In this document: positions 1 to 12,474 of the stretch, one piece after another
How positions within the stretch are numbered: position 1 is the first letter of the stretch
How the letters are laid out: each line of letters opens with the position of its first letter
Position numbers and translations under genes: made by a program
Notes under the pieces: model-generated
The model's database searches: none
The model's input: the letters and a program-made list of their open reading frames with translations, nothing else
Told to the model about the DNA's origin: nothing
NCBI GenBank assembly: GCA_013265495.1
Contig: MU058824.1
Location: 3,127,111-3,191,110 of the forward strand
DNA: 64,000 bases
Direction: 5' to 3'
DNA from: Vicugna vicugna
Taxonomy: Eukaryota

Positions 1-247
1 AGAACTTCATACATTTTTTGTAAAATTGACCCAAGGAGTTTGATTTCTTTGTAGAGGATAGCCCATTGTTGTTACTTCTGGTATATCTATTAGTGTAAAG
101 CTTCTTGGAAGAAGCAGGCAGCAAATATTTTCATGTACTTTGTTCTTGGGATGATGTTGGCTGAGCTTTGAATAACTGTGGAGAACTGCCCAGAAAAGGA
201 GTCTCCTAAAGGAAAGTCAGGTCACACCCTGCCACTTTAAGTTTTAA

Positions 248-472
<225 letters not shown>

Positions 473-611
473 TCTTTGTGGGCATTTTTATGTGTCAGTT
501 GAGCCAAGAGACAATGGGTTTTCTAGGGGAAATGTTTCTCAGGTGAACCTCTCTCCATTAAATCTTCAGAAGACAAGATGTGAATGTACGTATTGTCTTA
601 TGAGAGTCCTA

Positions 612-617
612 AATAAA
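612..617 (+). terminator. EXOSC3: Candidate EXOSC3 poly(A) signal AATAAA (a second one at 776-781)
   Basis: Canonical hexamer 140 nt after the stop codon, followed by GT/T-rich sequence. Confidence 0.6.
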
Positions 618-2300
618 ATATTTTTATAAAAAAGTTACTGGTTGCCACCCATGTTCTTGTGAGTGGGAAAGTCATTATAAAATAATGATGTGGTTTTTTG
701 TTTTTTACAGTGAAGTTTACAAAAAGTTACTATTTGATGTTAACTCCCTTAGTTATGCTAGAGTACAGCTTCTGTAATAAACTGGAGGTGACCATTAAAA
801 TAATTAATTTTCTGATGACAGTAAAACATGTTCACTAAAGAAAATGTAGAATACATAAAAAATAGCAAACACAAACCACCTGTAATCCCACTGTTTAGTG
901 GGTGAGTATGTAATAGCCAACAATTACCGTGTGCATTTTGTTGTTCAATAAGTAACTATGATGAAGATCTCTGATTCCAAGTCCAACCAAATCTTACTTT
1001 GTTAGTATCATTTCCTAGAAGCCAAACAAAAGACTACCTGCCTAGGTTCTGAAAAATCAGCAGAGGTTTGTGATGGAATTTGAGAGGAAATTTGCATTTT
1101 TAAGCAAAGCCTTTAAAGGTGAAAATGGAGCCTGGCTGATGATCCAGGTCAGTGGTTCTGGGGTCAGAGACCTCCCTGAGAATGTAAGAAAGAGCTACAG
1201 ACCCCTGAAGCCTATCCATAGGAGGCCCTTTGGGATGACAGATTATAGAACTCATTCAATATGTTGTTAAAGAACAAGGAGCATTTTGTATTCCTAAAGA
1301 GGTTTCCTGAAGACTGGGTCATTTTTAAGTAGTAAAAAGACACACATAACTTATCAAGCAATCATAGCTCTTGAGGGATTAAATTGTGAAGGAGAGTGGA
1401 CAGAACACAGAAGTAAACTTTCGGTTCTTTTGAGATATAGGACACATTTTCTGAATTTGCTAGCAGCTTAGTTATCAAGTTTACTAACCCAAACTGGCCA
1501 GAGTAACTGAAGCAACTCCACCTGACTAGGACATGACAAAAGGGTCACAGATTTTAGGTTATAACATGCTCATGTCAGATGCAATGTATTTTCTGGATAT
1601 TTTCAAGTTAGGCTTAATACTGTGTTTCTGCTTTTCAGTTTGATCTGTTAATTGCAAGTATATATGAAGACTAGTTTGCACAAGGCTCAGAAGGATATAG
1701 AGATACTCCCACAAATTGTTAGAAGGCTCCAGCTAGGAAGAGAGAAGCCCACCATGCCCATACTCAGAACAGGGGAGACAGAGTAGGAGTCACAGATGGG
1801 AACAAAGTGCTGCTGGGGCTTAAAGTAGGGCTAAGTTAGGACAGGCTGATCCTGCAAAGCATACATACAGCTTACTACTGAGTAGGGGAAAATCAGCATG
1901 ATCGAAGTGGCTGGAGAAAGTCAACTTTATGATGCTGGTGTAGTGAAAATTAAACTCTTGATATAACGATAACTGAGTATTTAAGCTATCTCTATCATCT
2001 TCATAAGTAAGTGTACAAAACATGAATTAACACATCCAAAGTCATGTAGTTTTAGGGCTAATTCATTGTTATGTAAACTTTTTACTTAGCATATATCTGG
2101 GCACTTCCTGTGAGCCAGGCACTATGGGAGAAACAAAAGAGCACAAAATGTGGTTGGTCCCTGTTAGTAACTCCTATCCTAGTGAAGAGTCCAGATGTCA
2201 AGTAAAGGCAAATGAATGCCGCCAACATCCTCTGCTCTGCTCTTTGGTCAAGGCACCTGCAACAACTTCGCCTCCTGCAGCTGCAACCTTAGGCTGTCCA

Positions 2301-2407
2301 TCATTCCACTGAGTTCTGAAGAACATAGCCTTTTCTGGAAGAAACTCCTTTCTTCAATGCTTCAGGCCAGTTTTGAGTATCAAAGTAAGTGGATAGGATA
2401 TCAAATA
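2301..2407 (-). CDS. TRMT10B: tRNA methyltransferase 10B, last coding exon
   Basis: ctttctaacag acceptor; (V)FDILSTYFDTQNWPEALKKGVSSRKGYVLQNSVE*; 107 nt. Confidence 0.95.
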
Positions 2408-2972
2408 CTGTTAGAAAGGTAAACAAAACAGAGTTACCATAAACAAGAAAAAGAACTAGCAAATGAGGAAAAAGATGTTCTGGAATATTTCATTCAACAG
2501 ATTTACTCTGTACCACACACGTTACTAGATCCCTGCTTGCCTACAAAGGACCTCAGCTTACACTGAGGGATACAGGCTTGTGAATGAACAGTGCTGCAAC
2601 CGAAAGGAACACAGTACAATGGGAACACAACAGAGGGGCCCTGATGTGGCCTGGGATGGGGAAGGGAGCAGCCAAGATGCCTGGGAACTGAATCCCGAAG
2701 GACAAAGCCAGTGATGGGTTGAAGGCATGGCAGTTAGGACAAGGGAACAATTTCAATTATCTTTAACGTAATTGTGAACCAGGAAGAAAATGAAAAATGC
2801 CTGAGAGGAAGAAAATGAAAAATGCTTGAGAGGCCAGAATACATGCATACAGTAAAGTCCAAGCACATCAGTCACACGGGAGACTGCTTCAAGAGCCTTT
2901 TATACTTAAACACGATGCAAAGCAGCAGCACCAGAACTAACACATATTAAGTGTGGGCCGTGTGAGGAGTAC

Positions 2973-3096
2973 CTTGATTGATGGCCAAGAGCTCTGAATG
3001 ATAGTTTTTCTCATTCTGGCGTCTGACCATGTATTCCTGGATTGGCAAGCGGGCGGTCTTGACTGAATGTTCTTGGGCCTTTTGAAATGTCACCTT
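2973..3096 (-). CDS. TRMT10B: TRMT10B coding exon 7
   Basis: KVTFQKAQEHSVKTARLPIQEYMVRRQNEKNYHSELLAINQ, with the Trm10 SPOUT motifs TARLPI and LAINQ; AG/GT flanks; 124 nt. Confidence 0.96.
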
Positions 3097-3824
3097 CTGT
3101 AAATCACAGTTAAATATTATTCTTATAAAAATAATACACGAAGATATTCTCATTGTAATATGCAGAGTAAATTGTGAGAATCCTCATTTACTGCCTCAAT
3201 TTCCATCTGTAATCATAATTAAATGATAAGTATATTAAAATTAAGTAGCCTATGGTAGAGTGGAAGAAAGTATAGATAATGAAGAGTATTTACTTGTGGC
3301 AAGTAAGAAATGGCTTGTGCAGCAACACCTCACTCATCTATCCACTAGCTTTCACTCACTACTACTTAACAGTCAAGAAGGAAATAAGTTAAAAGAAGCA
3401 TATCTGCAGCCACAGTCTGCATCCAAAAATCCAAGTCTAATCAATCAGTGGAGAATACTCCTGGCCCTAACTCAGTAAGACCCAATTCTGGAGTTTTCAG
3501 TCACATTGAACTGGTAGCAGCAAATTAGAAATAAGGGAGACAGGATTCGAGTCAGGTACACCACCAGCAATAAGACAGCATTAATGTATGAGAGCATACA
3601 GCTCAAAGGAAGGGAAAGGCTCTGAAAACCACAAAAAGGAGACAGAACTCAAGAAGTCCAACAATCTGAGGCCATGTAGTGTCAGAGTACAGTAACTAAC
3701 GTTCCTTTAAAGATACCCCTGAGTCATGGACTGATGTTTAAATTATGTTCACTACCTCATAAGAAGCTCTGGGAAGGTCAACTACCTGCTTCAAAAAAAA
3801 AGGATGTCACTGTGCTGTGGGAGA

Positions 3825-4270
3825 CGGCATTTGGCTCTTATGTCTTATTAATCTCTTTTAATCTAAAATAGTCCCTGTGACTATTTCCGTTTTCATTACA
3901 TTGACTTTTTTCAAAGTCTGGCCCAGTTGTCTTGCAGAATGTCCCATACGGATCTGTTTATGATTAAATTCAGTTTAAACATTTTCTAGCAAGAATACTT
4001 CACAGGTGAGAGTCCATCACATTGGGAGGGACACTGGTGATTCTAAGTTTGATCATTTGTCAAGATGCTGACCTCCAGATCATTTCATTGTAATGGTACA
4101 TTTTTGCCTTTATAATCTGTGGGGTGGTACTTTAGGACCACATGAATAGTCAGTTCCGTCACAATCTTTCATTCAATTCCCTGAGTCAGTTATTACCCTG
4201 GGAGTGACAAAATGATGATTTTAAAATTCTATCATGCATTTCTTATTTATTAGCTGACATTCTTTAGAGC
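3825..4270 (-). mobile_element. L1MC-like 3' fragment
   Basis: Motifs cattgacttttt..., tgcagaatgtccc, tctaagtttgatcattt, tgtggggtggtacttt. Confidence 0.55.
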
Positions 4271-4386
4271 TCCCCATGCACCCCCTGCTAATGTTTTAGT
4301 TTACCACTAGGGAGTCATGGAACACTGACTTTTTTAGAATAAATGCAATTCAGTTAAGTATCACCTGTATTAAATATGTGTATATA

Positions 4387-4390
<4 letters not shown>

Positions 4391-4426
<36 letters not shown>
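4391..4426. repeat. (AT)18 microsatellite
   Basis: Read directly. Confidence 0.95.
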
Positions 4427-4430
<4 letters not shown>

Positions 4431-5208
4431 CAGATATACTCACATACATGAAAAAAAATATATAAAATATACCCCTAAACATATACTGTGTGATCACAGA
4501 ATATATCAAGAAGGATACATAAGAAAATCATGGTTGCCATAGGCAGCAGACACTAGGAGACAAGGATGAGGGAAACTTACTTTTCACTGTACTCCTTTTT
4601 ATACATTTTAACTATATGTGTGTGTGTGTGTGTATATAATTAATTGTCTATACAATGTTATTTAGTAAATATAAACAAGGTTATCTCAACTAATATTTAT
4701 ATAATAGAAACCTATTTCAAAACACCAATTTTTCCAATAAAATTCCAATTCAACAGAAGAAATCTGGACAGTCCTATTGAGGCTGAGATTATGGGGTAAG
4801 ACGTCTGTTAACAGGGAAGATGACCTAAGAAGGAACAAACTACTCTTTCACAAAGAACAAATAGCTGGTAAGAATGTTGAGTCAAAGCTCCCTTGGTCAA
4901 AATCAGAGTTATTCCTGCAGACCTGAAGAGAATAGAGAAAAAAGGAAATCAATAATAGCTGTTTATATAATTACCAAATACTCCCCATTCCAGCTCCTGA
5001 CTGGATTCCGTCAGGTCAGGGTTGCTGACACTGCTGAGGAGAGAGGGAACTCCGCCTGTGGGAGGGCCAACCTAGGCAGAAGAGGTTCCTTCTTCCTATT
5101 CCCTCCAAGTTTTTAGGCCTTTTGGGTAAGATTATGACAGGGCAAGTGCCTCTAAAAGTAAGCACCACTTTTCAAAATGCAGTTGTTGGACCTAAAATGT
5201 GCACTTAC

Positions 5209-5276
5209 CTTCTGAACACTCTCATCCACAAGTCCACCAAGGATGTAAACTTTGTTTAGATCAACATCTTCAAGAG
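5209..5276 (-). CDS. TRMT10B: TRMT10B coding exon 6
   Basis: (A)LEDVDLNKVYILGGLVDESVQK, the Trm10 YILGGLVD motif; ttag acceptor, gtaagt donor; 68 nt. Confidence 0.96.
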
Positions 5277-5918
5277 CTAATGAAAAAATGAAAGCCATTG
5301 AGATCAATCTGTTTTATCATTTCTAAATCCAAAGAATGTAAAAAGAAAGAATGATAGAAGTAGAAATTTAATGACATAGAAAACAAAAAAACAGTAGACT
5401 TGCTAACTCTGAAAAGACCAATTAAATAGATAACCTTTAGCATATCTCGTCATGAAAAAAAGGTAGCAGATTCAAATCATCATTAGAATTCAGAAAGGAG
5501 ACAAAATCTGAGAGGAATGTAAAATAACTAGAAGAGCATACTGAGATCAACTTAATACAACAAAATTGAAAACTATGTGAAACAGATGATTTTCTGGGGA
5601 AAAAAATATATATATCTAACACTGATCCAAAAAGGGTCAACGTGGGGAGGTGACTAGGGAAACCGAGAAGGATTTCCAAGTACCTCATAAGATCCTTCTG
5701 AAGATGGGAGACTCTAAATCTGTGCAGCTGTGTGCACACAGTAGGACAAATACTAAGTATCCAGTGAGGTCTCTGTCCATAAGAGGTGTGCAATTAATGT
5801 CCATTCCTTTTTTTCTTGGATACACCTTGGGTGGCTTTAACAAATTCTGATACTGGGAATAATGAAATAAAGGGCTAGAAGCAATGTTCTACATGAATGC
5901 ATGCAGTAAAGTACATAC

Positions 5919-5997
5919 CATGTTCTGAGTCTGGAGTCAGGTACACAAGGGTTTCCAGAGGAAATAAGCTAAAGCAGTCGTCTTCTGTTATGTCTAG
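5919..5997 (-). CDS. TRMT10B: TRMT10B coding exon 5
   Basis: LDITEDDCFSLFPLETLVYLTPDSEH (VYLTPDS motif); ttttag acceptor, gtatgt donor; 79 nt. Confidence 0.96.
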
Positions 5998-7103
5998 CTA
6001 AAAAATGTAAATAATCCAATGTAGCATGAACTAGGTTAAGACATAGCCCACACTGCAGCAACCAGTTACGGGGCACCTAGGTTCTATCAGGCATGGCTCC
6101 AGGTGCATCAAGGGGAAGTATGTCAGACAACCTGTTCTCAGAAAGTGCTGAGTTGGGGACGAGAAGCAGAAAGGTACAGACATTCAGCCTGACAAAATGA
6201 GACAGAAAGTGATATGAGGACCTAACAGATGTACAGGGATCATGCCCCACGACCACGGAGAGGGAATGACAACAGCAGGGACAACCTTCTAATGAAGGGA
6301 ATGCTGGGACTTGGTTTCTGAAAAGAGGCGAGATAGACACGTACAAAAAGAAGTATTCAAAGTGGAGGGAATCACCTAAGAAAAGCATGAAGACAAGGGG
6401 ACGGGACTACGTGGCCCTGAGAGTGGGTCTGTTTGGCTCACATATAGGAATCATAAAATGTGTACAGAACAGTAAAGCTAGAAATGGCTGCATTACAAGA
6501 GGGATTGTTCAGGTAGCAGCAAACATGACTAACTGTGTGGCACTGCACAGGGCACTTTTCACACTCCGTGTCAGCTACATAATGCAAACACACAAAGGTA
6601 TTTTCAGCGGCATTTCTTAGGCAATGATCTGGATTCTTGCCTGTATATCAATCACTACATTTAAGAGATCCTAGGGAAAGTACTGAAAGTAACTTAGTAC
6701 TCCCTAAAACTCATCTTATATCTGTATTACTCCCATAGGAATTCTCTCTTCCCCTCAAAACTCATGTTGCCTAACTCTGCACTACTAAAAACAAGAAAGG
6801 AGTCATACCATTTTCCTAAAACACTGCTAGAGCACACAGTCTAGCATACAATACACTGGATATAAAATACAGTCCTAGTTGCCGGTTTAATATTAGTTTG
6901 CCAGTGCAGTGGAAGGATGAAAATTAGAAAATATAAGAACTGATTGGGTTATAAATTCTTTAAGACTGTAATAGTGAAAACATATAATTTATATATAAAT
7001 ATATCTTTTTTACATCAAAATATGAAAAAGTTAAAAAAAAAACCTATTACCCACCCCAACCTACTTTTTAGATGGCAATTCAAATATATAAAATGAGGCT
7101 TAC

Positions 7104-7256
7104 CAGATAACTAGAAAATCCATCATTCATCCTCAAACATTCTTCATACAGGGGACTGTCTGTGGTGAATCCAGTGAGGCAGATCCAAAACGGCCTGTCA
7201 GCTTTTTTATTTGAACCATACAACCTTCGGATCTGTCCAGCTAGTCTACTTAATTC
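7104..7256 (-). CDS. TRMT10B: TRMT10B coding exon 4
   Basis: ELSRLAGQIRRLYGSNKKADRPFWICLTGFTTDSPLYEECLRMNDGFSSYL; gtaagc donor; 153 nt. Confidence 0.96.
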
Positions 7257-7999
7257 CTTCAAAGAAGTAAGGACAACTTAGGGTGGAAACAGGCCCACTC
7301 TTTCTGGATGCATTATCAACAAATGGTTAGTCAGGAAGTTCACTGAATACTACTCTGGGAAATCTCATGAACTAGAATGGCCCCTTTTACTCCAGGAGTA
7401 CATGCATGTATGTGTGTATGTTACACCCCATGGCATCATACCTTATAGATGAAAGTTAAGGTAATTACACTAATCCAGAATTAGCAAGTTAATGGAAAAA
7501 TTGAGACCTCTTCCTTCCTCTGGATCTGCTATAATTTTTCTTCTAGCTTTCATTCTAAAATCTTACCATGTGATGTTTACTATTAAAAAGAGGTTAGATT
7601 ACTGTAGAGACATTTTTATACTCCACCAGTTAAACTTGGCACCTTTTCCCTAACTCCAGATGTCATAGGCTTGGAAGTTTTAACTTTTCATCCTAATTCA
7701 GAGACATCATTCTTATAGAAAGGTAGTTTCACAATCTGCCCTGATTTGGTTCAGTACAGGAAAAAAAAAAAAAAAGCTTTGGGTTTGTTTGAATCTGACA
7801 TCGCAATACAAAGAATAGAAAATTCTTGGTTGATCTTTTCAAAGGGCTATAGTAGGTTCCATGTAAGAACTCTAGGTCTTCAGTTTTCCTAATTTCTCTG
7901 AAAAAAAAAATACAAACACTAGCACATACAACAGGGATGTTGGAACATAAAGGTTTGTTTTGTGGTGTAAGGCTTAACACCAGGGACCAATACTGTGTG

Positions 8000-8479
8000 C
8001 TGCCTTGATATCTGGTGAAAACCAGGAAGGCCTTGAATGGCCTAACTGCAAGTTCCCCTCTCAATTCTGCTCCCACAGATAAGGTCCACTAGCTAAACAA
8101 TCCTTTTAATCAAAGAGATTCCTTTGATAAAGCGTTCCTGCTTATCCCTAAATAGTAGGTTTCAATTCCCTGCCAGTCCACAGAAGTATTCCAAAAAACT
8201 AATCATGTCTCTTGCAGGAATTAGGAAGCACCCCACCTTGTTGTTATTACAAAGTCTGCTCCCCACAGCCCCTCCTTGTTCATTCTGTTCCCGACTGTAG
8301 CCCCATGTAGCCCTGCATAGCATGCAGTGTCATCCTCCCCTCGGCTGAGTACATGTGACTAATAAACTGCTATCAGTCTTAACTGCCCAGGGTTGAGTGC
8401 TGTGTGTTCAGTCATCGCCATATCTAGGGTGAAAAATCCCTCCTTCACTAATAGGGTCAGTGGGAGGCCTTTTAAAACA
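8000..8479 (+). mobile_element. ERVL-type LTR (MER54/MER74-like); 5' boundary uncertain, may extend to about 7600
   Basis: 3' end aataaactgctatcagtct...tgtgtgttcagtcatc...ctagggtg...tccctccttcac...aaaaca resembles the MER54 terminus as I recall it. Confidence 0.55.
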
Positions 8480-8887
8480 CATTCTTTGCAGAAAGACCTC
8501 CCACCAGGTAATCTCCCCTCAGTATGCAACCAGGCAAATATTCCTTTCACCAGCAGAAGGCCAAAGATTTCATCTCTGGAGAATTAAATCCAAAAGGCTC
8601 CATCTAGACTGGGGACACCATGAACACAGAGGCAAAGAAAGGTATTGGGCTCAAAACAGAAGATAAGGTAAAAAATTTTAAACTAAACCATAGGATGTAC
8701 GTCTATTCTCATCATGATTCCTTATAACAGTCATCTCAGAACTTACTAGCCACGTGTAGAAAACTAAATATATTTGCTGGTTTACAGGAGAATCACAGAA
8801 GCTGGAGCAGGTCATATTCTATGTGAAGCCACTCCCCCTGGAACTCCCTCATGTGAGCAGGAACTCAGAATTTAATGGATGTTCTAC

Positions 8888-9012
8888 CTTCTTAGACATG
8901 TGATTGGTCATACTCAAATCAATACAGAGTCTTGGTCCCGAGTGTTTGGCTTCCAAAAGTCTTTCCTTGGTTAAGGATTTCAGAAAACGTTTGCTGTGCT
9001 GGGGGCAGATGC
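8888..9012 (-). CDS. TRMT10B: TRMT10B coding exon 3
   Basis: (G)ICPQHSKRFLKSLTKERLLEAKHSGPRLCIDLSMTNHMSKK; ctctag acceptor, gtagaa donor; 125 nt. Confidence 0.95.
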
Positions 9013-9537
9013 CTAGAGTAGAAATATCAGAAAGGAATAAGCGGGAAAACAGAATAATATTCAGTAAGAAACAAATCTCCCCAGCCAGGTGAGAACTTTT
9101 TGCATATGAAGAGAAACTTGAAGCTCATGCCAGGTGTTCATTCATTATGCAGTCTAGGTATAGCAGAATTGTAAGATGTGGGCTCTGGAGCACACTGCTG
9201 GGACTAAATCAGTTCAATTTGTTCATTTACTACCTATATGACCTTGGGAATGTTATTCAATTTCTTTGAGCCTCAATCTCTTCACCTACAAAATGGGGAT
9301 ATTACAAGTACCAACCCCTTACAGTATCCATGTAAAATTCTTAGCACTGAACCTAGCATGAAAGGTAGTCTTAAATTTGCTTTGACATTTTGATTCCCAA
9401 TAAAATAGGACAATAGGTCCTACTTCCCAGATGTTTGTTTTTACTTAAGAACTATATTCCTATTCTCCTAGGAACATGCAGATACCAGTTTGCTAAGAAA
9501 TAACTATAATTACACCAGCCATCTGATTTACTGTTAC

Positions 9538-9646
9538 CTGAATTTTCTACACGATTAGCTTTTCTTCTTTCTTTTTCTTGTTTTCTTTTACTCTTCTTTG
9601 CTGCAACTGTCTTTTCCCAGCGTCTCTGTTTTCTTTGGACATTTTT
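9538..9646 (-). CDS. TRMT10B: TRMT10B coding exon 2
   Basis: KNVQRKQRRWEKTVAAKKSKRKQEKERRKANRVENS, a basic helix; taag acceptor, gtaaca donor; 109 nt. Confidence 0.95.
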
Positions 9647-10095
9647 CTTATGTTATCCAGAAAACAAAATTGTTTGAGAACTTCATAAGCACCAAAAAGG
9701 AAAATGAATATTAGAAATAGTTACTTAGTTATTTTTTAAATTTAAACATAAAGTTAGGAGACAAAAGGGAGATTAACCTTTAAAACAAAAATGGACTAGA
9801 TTGTGTTTAGAGAAAGCAGAACCCCAGAAAACAAATGTGACATGCCCATGGTCATGGTAAATTTACTAGGGAGAGTTGAGATTTCCTGACCCTTCTGATT
9901 CCTCTTGAACTTCATTTACTTTTTTTATGACTCAAATGGAAATGAAACCTCAAACCAGTTAACAGGAAATTCATCCCTTGGAATACACCAAACTCATTCC
10001 CAGTCTTTTTGTCACCAGTATCTGTCCTTAGAAGAGGGGTCTCTGGGACATTCCATCATCTGAAAGCCCATGACCAGACAACTCACTACACTCAC

Positions 10096-10281
10096 CGAGC
10101 ACCACACTGCATTGCCTGTGGGCAGGGTCTCCCCCTCCTGATGCTCACATTCCACATCAATCTGTAGAAGCTGGAAGCTTTCAGAGATACCATCTTCGCC
10201 TGTGCCCTCTAGGGTGACTTCTTGCTCCTGCAGCACATGTGACTCTGTTTTCTGAGCACTCCGTTCCAATTTCCAGTCCAT
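10096..10281 (-). CDS. TRMT10B: TRMT10B first coding exon
   Basis: MDWKLERSAQKTESHVLQEQ...GNAVWCS, then a gtgagt donor; 186 nt. The eight exons sum to 951 nt = 316 aa + stop. An in-frame ATG lies two codons upstream, at 10287. Confidence 0.93.
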
Positions 10282-11328
10282 GTACATAGTCCTCTGCCCT
10301 TTTCAACCAGATTAGGAAAAGTCACAATTATGTGAGATGTTACATTATTTCACTTGCAGGGGCATTTCCCTATATCCAAATGACAAAATAGTGTTATTGT
10401 GTTACTGAAGAAGTAGAAGTGTGTAAAATACTAACATAGACTTACTGAATGGATAAGCATGTGTATCTTCCAGAAAAATGAGTCAACACAGAAACATTTC
10501 AGTAGTAAGGAAACCAACTCCACTTCTTAGAAGACAAGCACAACTCCTGACACCTCCAAGCAATCAGTGATTCTTCATTGCTCCAGTGACACAGATATGC
10601 TCACTTACTGTGTTCTGTGAAATATGACTTGAGAGTGAGATAGAGATGGCAAAATCCACCTATCTCGTTATGCTTCCATTTATTTTCAAAATCATTCCTT
10701 TAGCAAATATTTACTAAGCATCTACTCTATGCAAAGTCCTATACTAGAAACATCCTGGGAGGGTTAGAGCTAGCCAAAAATTATGGTAAAGAGTGGCCCC
10801 AAACCAACCAAGAACTCTAAGTTGCTAGTGATATATCAGAATTCATTTTTCCAAACTACCTATTCCCTCCCCTAACTCAGTTAAATAGCACTGAAGCAGA
10901 AAGCCATAGTCACAGTGAAAACGTTTAATATTCATCAGAAGTGCTGAGGTAGAAGAATATGAAGAACCACTGTTACAGCACACTTGACAAATGTCATAAT
11001 TTCAAAGTGGTGTTCAAAATCTCTGAGGGAGATATGAGTAAGAAGTGCTCTAGTCTACAGTTAAGTGTCACAGAGAATGGTATTACCATTGCTCACGGCT
11101 GCTCCTCTGAGTCCAATGTGCTACCAACATCTTAAGAGAAGTACATCTTTGAAAAAGTAAATCTACGTAATATGATCCTTGCATGTGGTAAAAAGACCTA
11201 TTTATAATGAAAAGTAATGATCCTCCCTCCCTTTCACCTCTAGAGGGGCAACCCTTGTTAACCAGGTATTTTTAGTTCTGGTAATTAACTTCTTAACCTG
11301 AAATCATATGCTTACACCATTACTTCTT

Positions 11329-11464
11329 AATTTCAATTTATTTTGGGAGGGGGGAGGTAACTAGGCTTATTCATTCATTTATATTTGGAGGAGGTACTGG
11401 GGATTGAACCCAGCACCCCGTGCATGTTAAGCAAACACTCTACCACATGAGCTATACCCTCCCC
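11329..11464 (-). mobile_element. Vic-1-like tRNA-Ala-derived SINE (long form)
   Basis: tRNA-Ala-like head (GGGGAGGGTATAGCTCA...GGTTCAATCCCCAGTACCTCC) plus tail. 16-bp target-site duplication tacac(c/t)attacttctt at 11313-11328 and 11465-11480. Confidence 0.85.
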
Positions 11465-11589
11465 TACACTATTACTTCTTGATTCATCAACTTTCCCTAT
11501 GAAACAATAAAATTCAGATCAGTTAAGGTAACCCTCTTATTTTGAATTCTTCTGTTAATTACTTTGACTTTAATTATTTCTGTTAATTA

Positions 11590-11655
11590 AGTTCTTTTGA
11601 GCTATAATTTACATAAAGAAAATGCCAAGATTTTAAGGGTATAGCTCAGTGAGTT

Positions 11656-11690
<35 letters not shown>

Positions 11691-12474
11691 CAGGTCAAGG
11701 GTAGGAATATATCAGCTCAATGAGTTTCTCACAAGCGCACAGTGTTACCCACACCTCTATCAAGATACAGAACATTTCCATCACTCCAGAAAGTTCCCTT
11801 TCTTCTGCACTCTCCAAGTCAATCTCCATCCCATTCCCACTGCCTTCCAAAAGAAATGTGTTCTTTTTCTATAACCATAGATTAGTTGTGCTTTATAAAA
11901 TGTTATTTAAATGGATTCAGTGTGTACTCTTTGAAAGTGACATTTTGCCCCACATGTTTTTGAGATTCATACATAGTGCTTCATGTACCAGTCATTTGTT
12001 TCTTTTTATTGCTGAGTAGTATTCCATGCCTGAATATACCACTATTTTTTAAATTCCTCTGTTGACAGACATTTGAAATTTTTCCAGTTTGGGGCTATTA
12101 GGAATAAAGCTGCCAAGAAGAAGTGAAATTCTCATACAAGTGTTTTCGTGGACATATGCTTTAATATCTATTTGCCAAGTACTAACAGTAGAATCGTTGG
12201 GTCATAAGACGGATGCTATTTAACTCATAAGAAACCACCATCAGCTTCCCAGAGTAACTGTACCATTTTACACTGCTGTCAGCAGTGTTTAAGAGCTCTA
12301 GATGCTCTGCATCATCCCCAACATTTGCTGTTGTCAGGGTTCTTAATCTTAGCCATTTTTGTGTAGTGGAACCTCATTGGGTTTTAATTTGAATTTCTTT
12401 GATTACTAATGATATTCAGTTTTTTATGCAACTTACAGGTAATTCATAATATATCTGTGTGAGATATCTGCTTA
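11590..12474 (-). mobile_element. Old L1 (L1MB/MC-like) 3' fragment
   Basis: Typical antisense L1 3' motifs: gagctataatttacata, tttttattgctgagtagtattccat, ccagtttggggctatta, gtaccattttacact. Confidence 0.75.
11660..11689. repeat. (TG)15 microsatellite
   Basis: Read directly. Confidence 0.95.

Noticed and set aside
4996..5015. Hairpin cctgac...gtcagg as an intronic snoRNA or miRNA
   Set aside because: Stem is only 6-8 bp and I saw no C/D or H/ACA architecture.
10311..10322. ttttcctaat as a U12-type branch point
   Set aside because: Imperfect match to TCCTTAAC, and the candidate upstream donor (GTACGC) is not the U12 RTATCCTT type.
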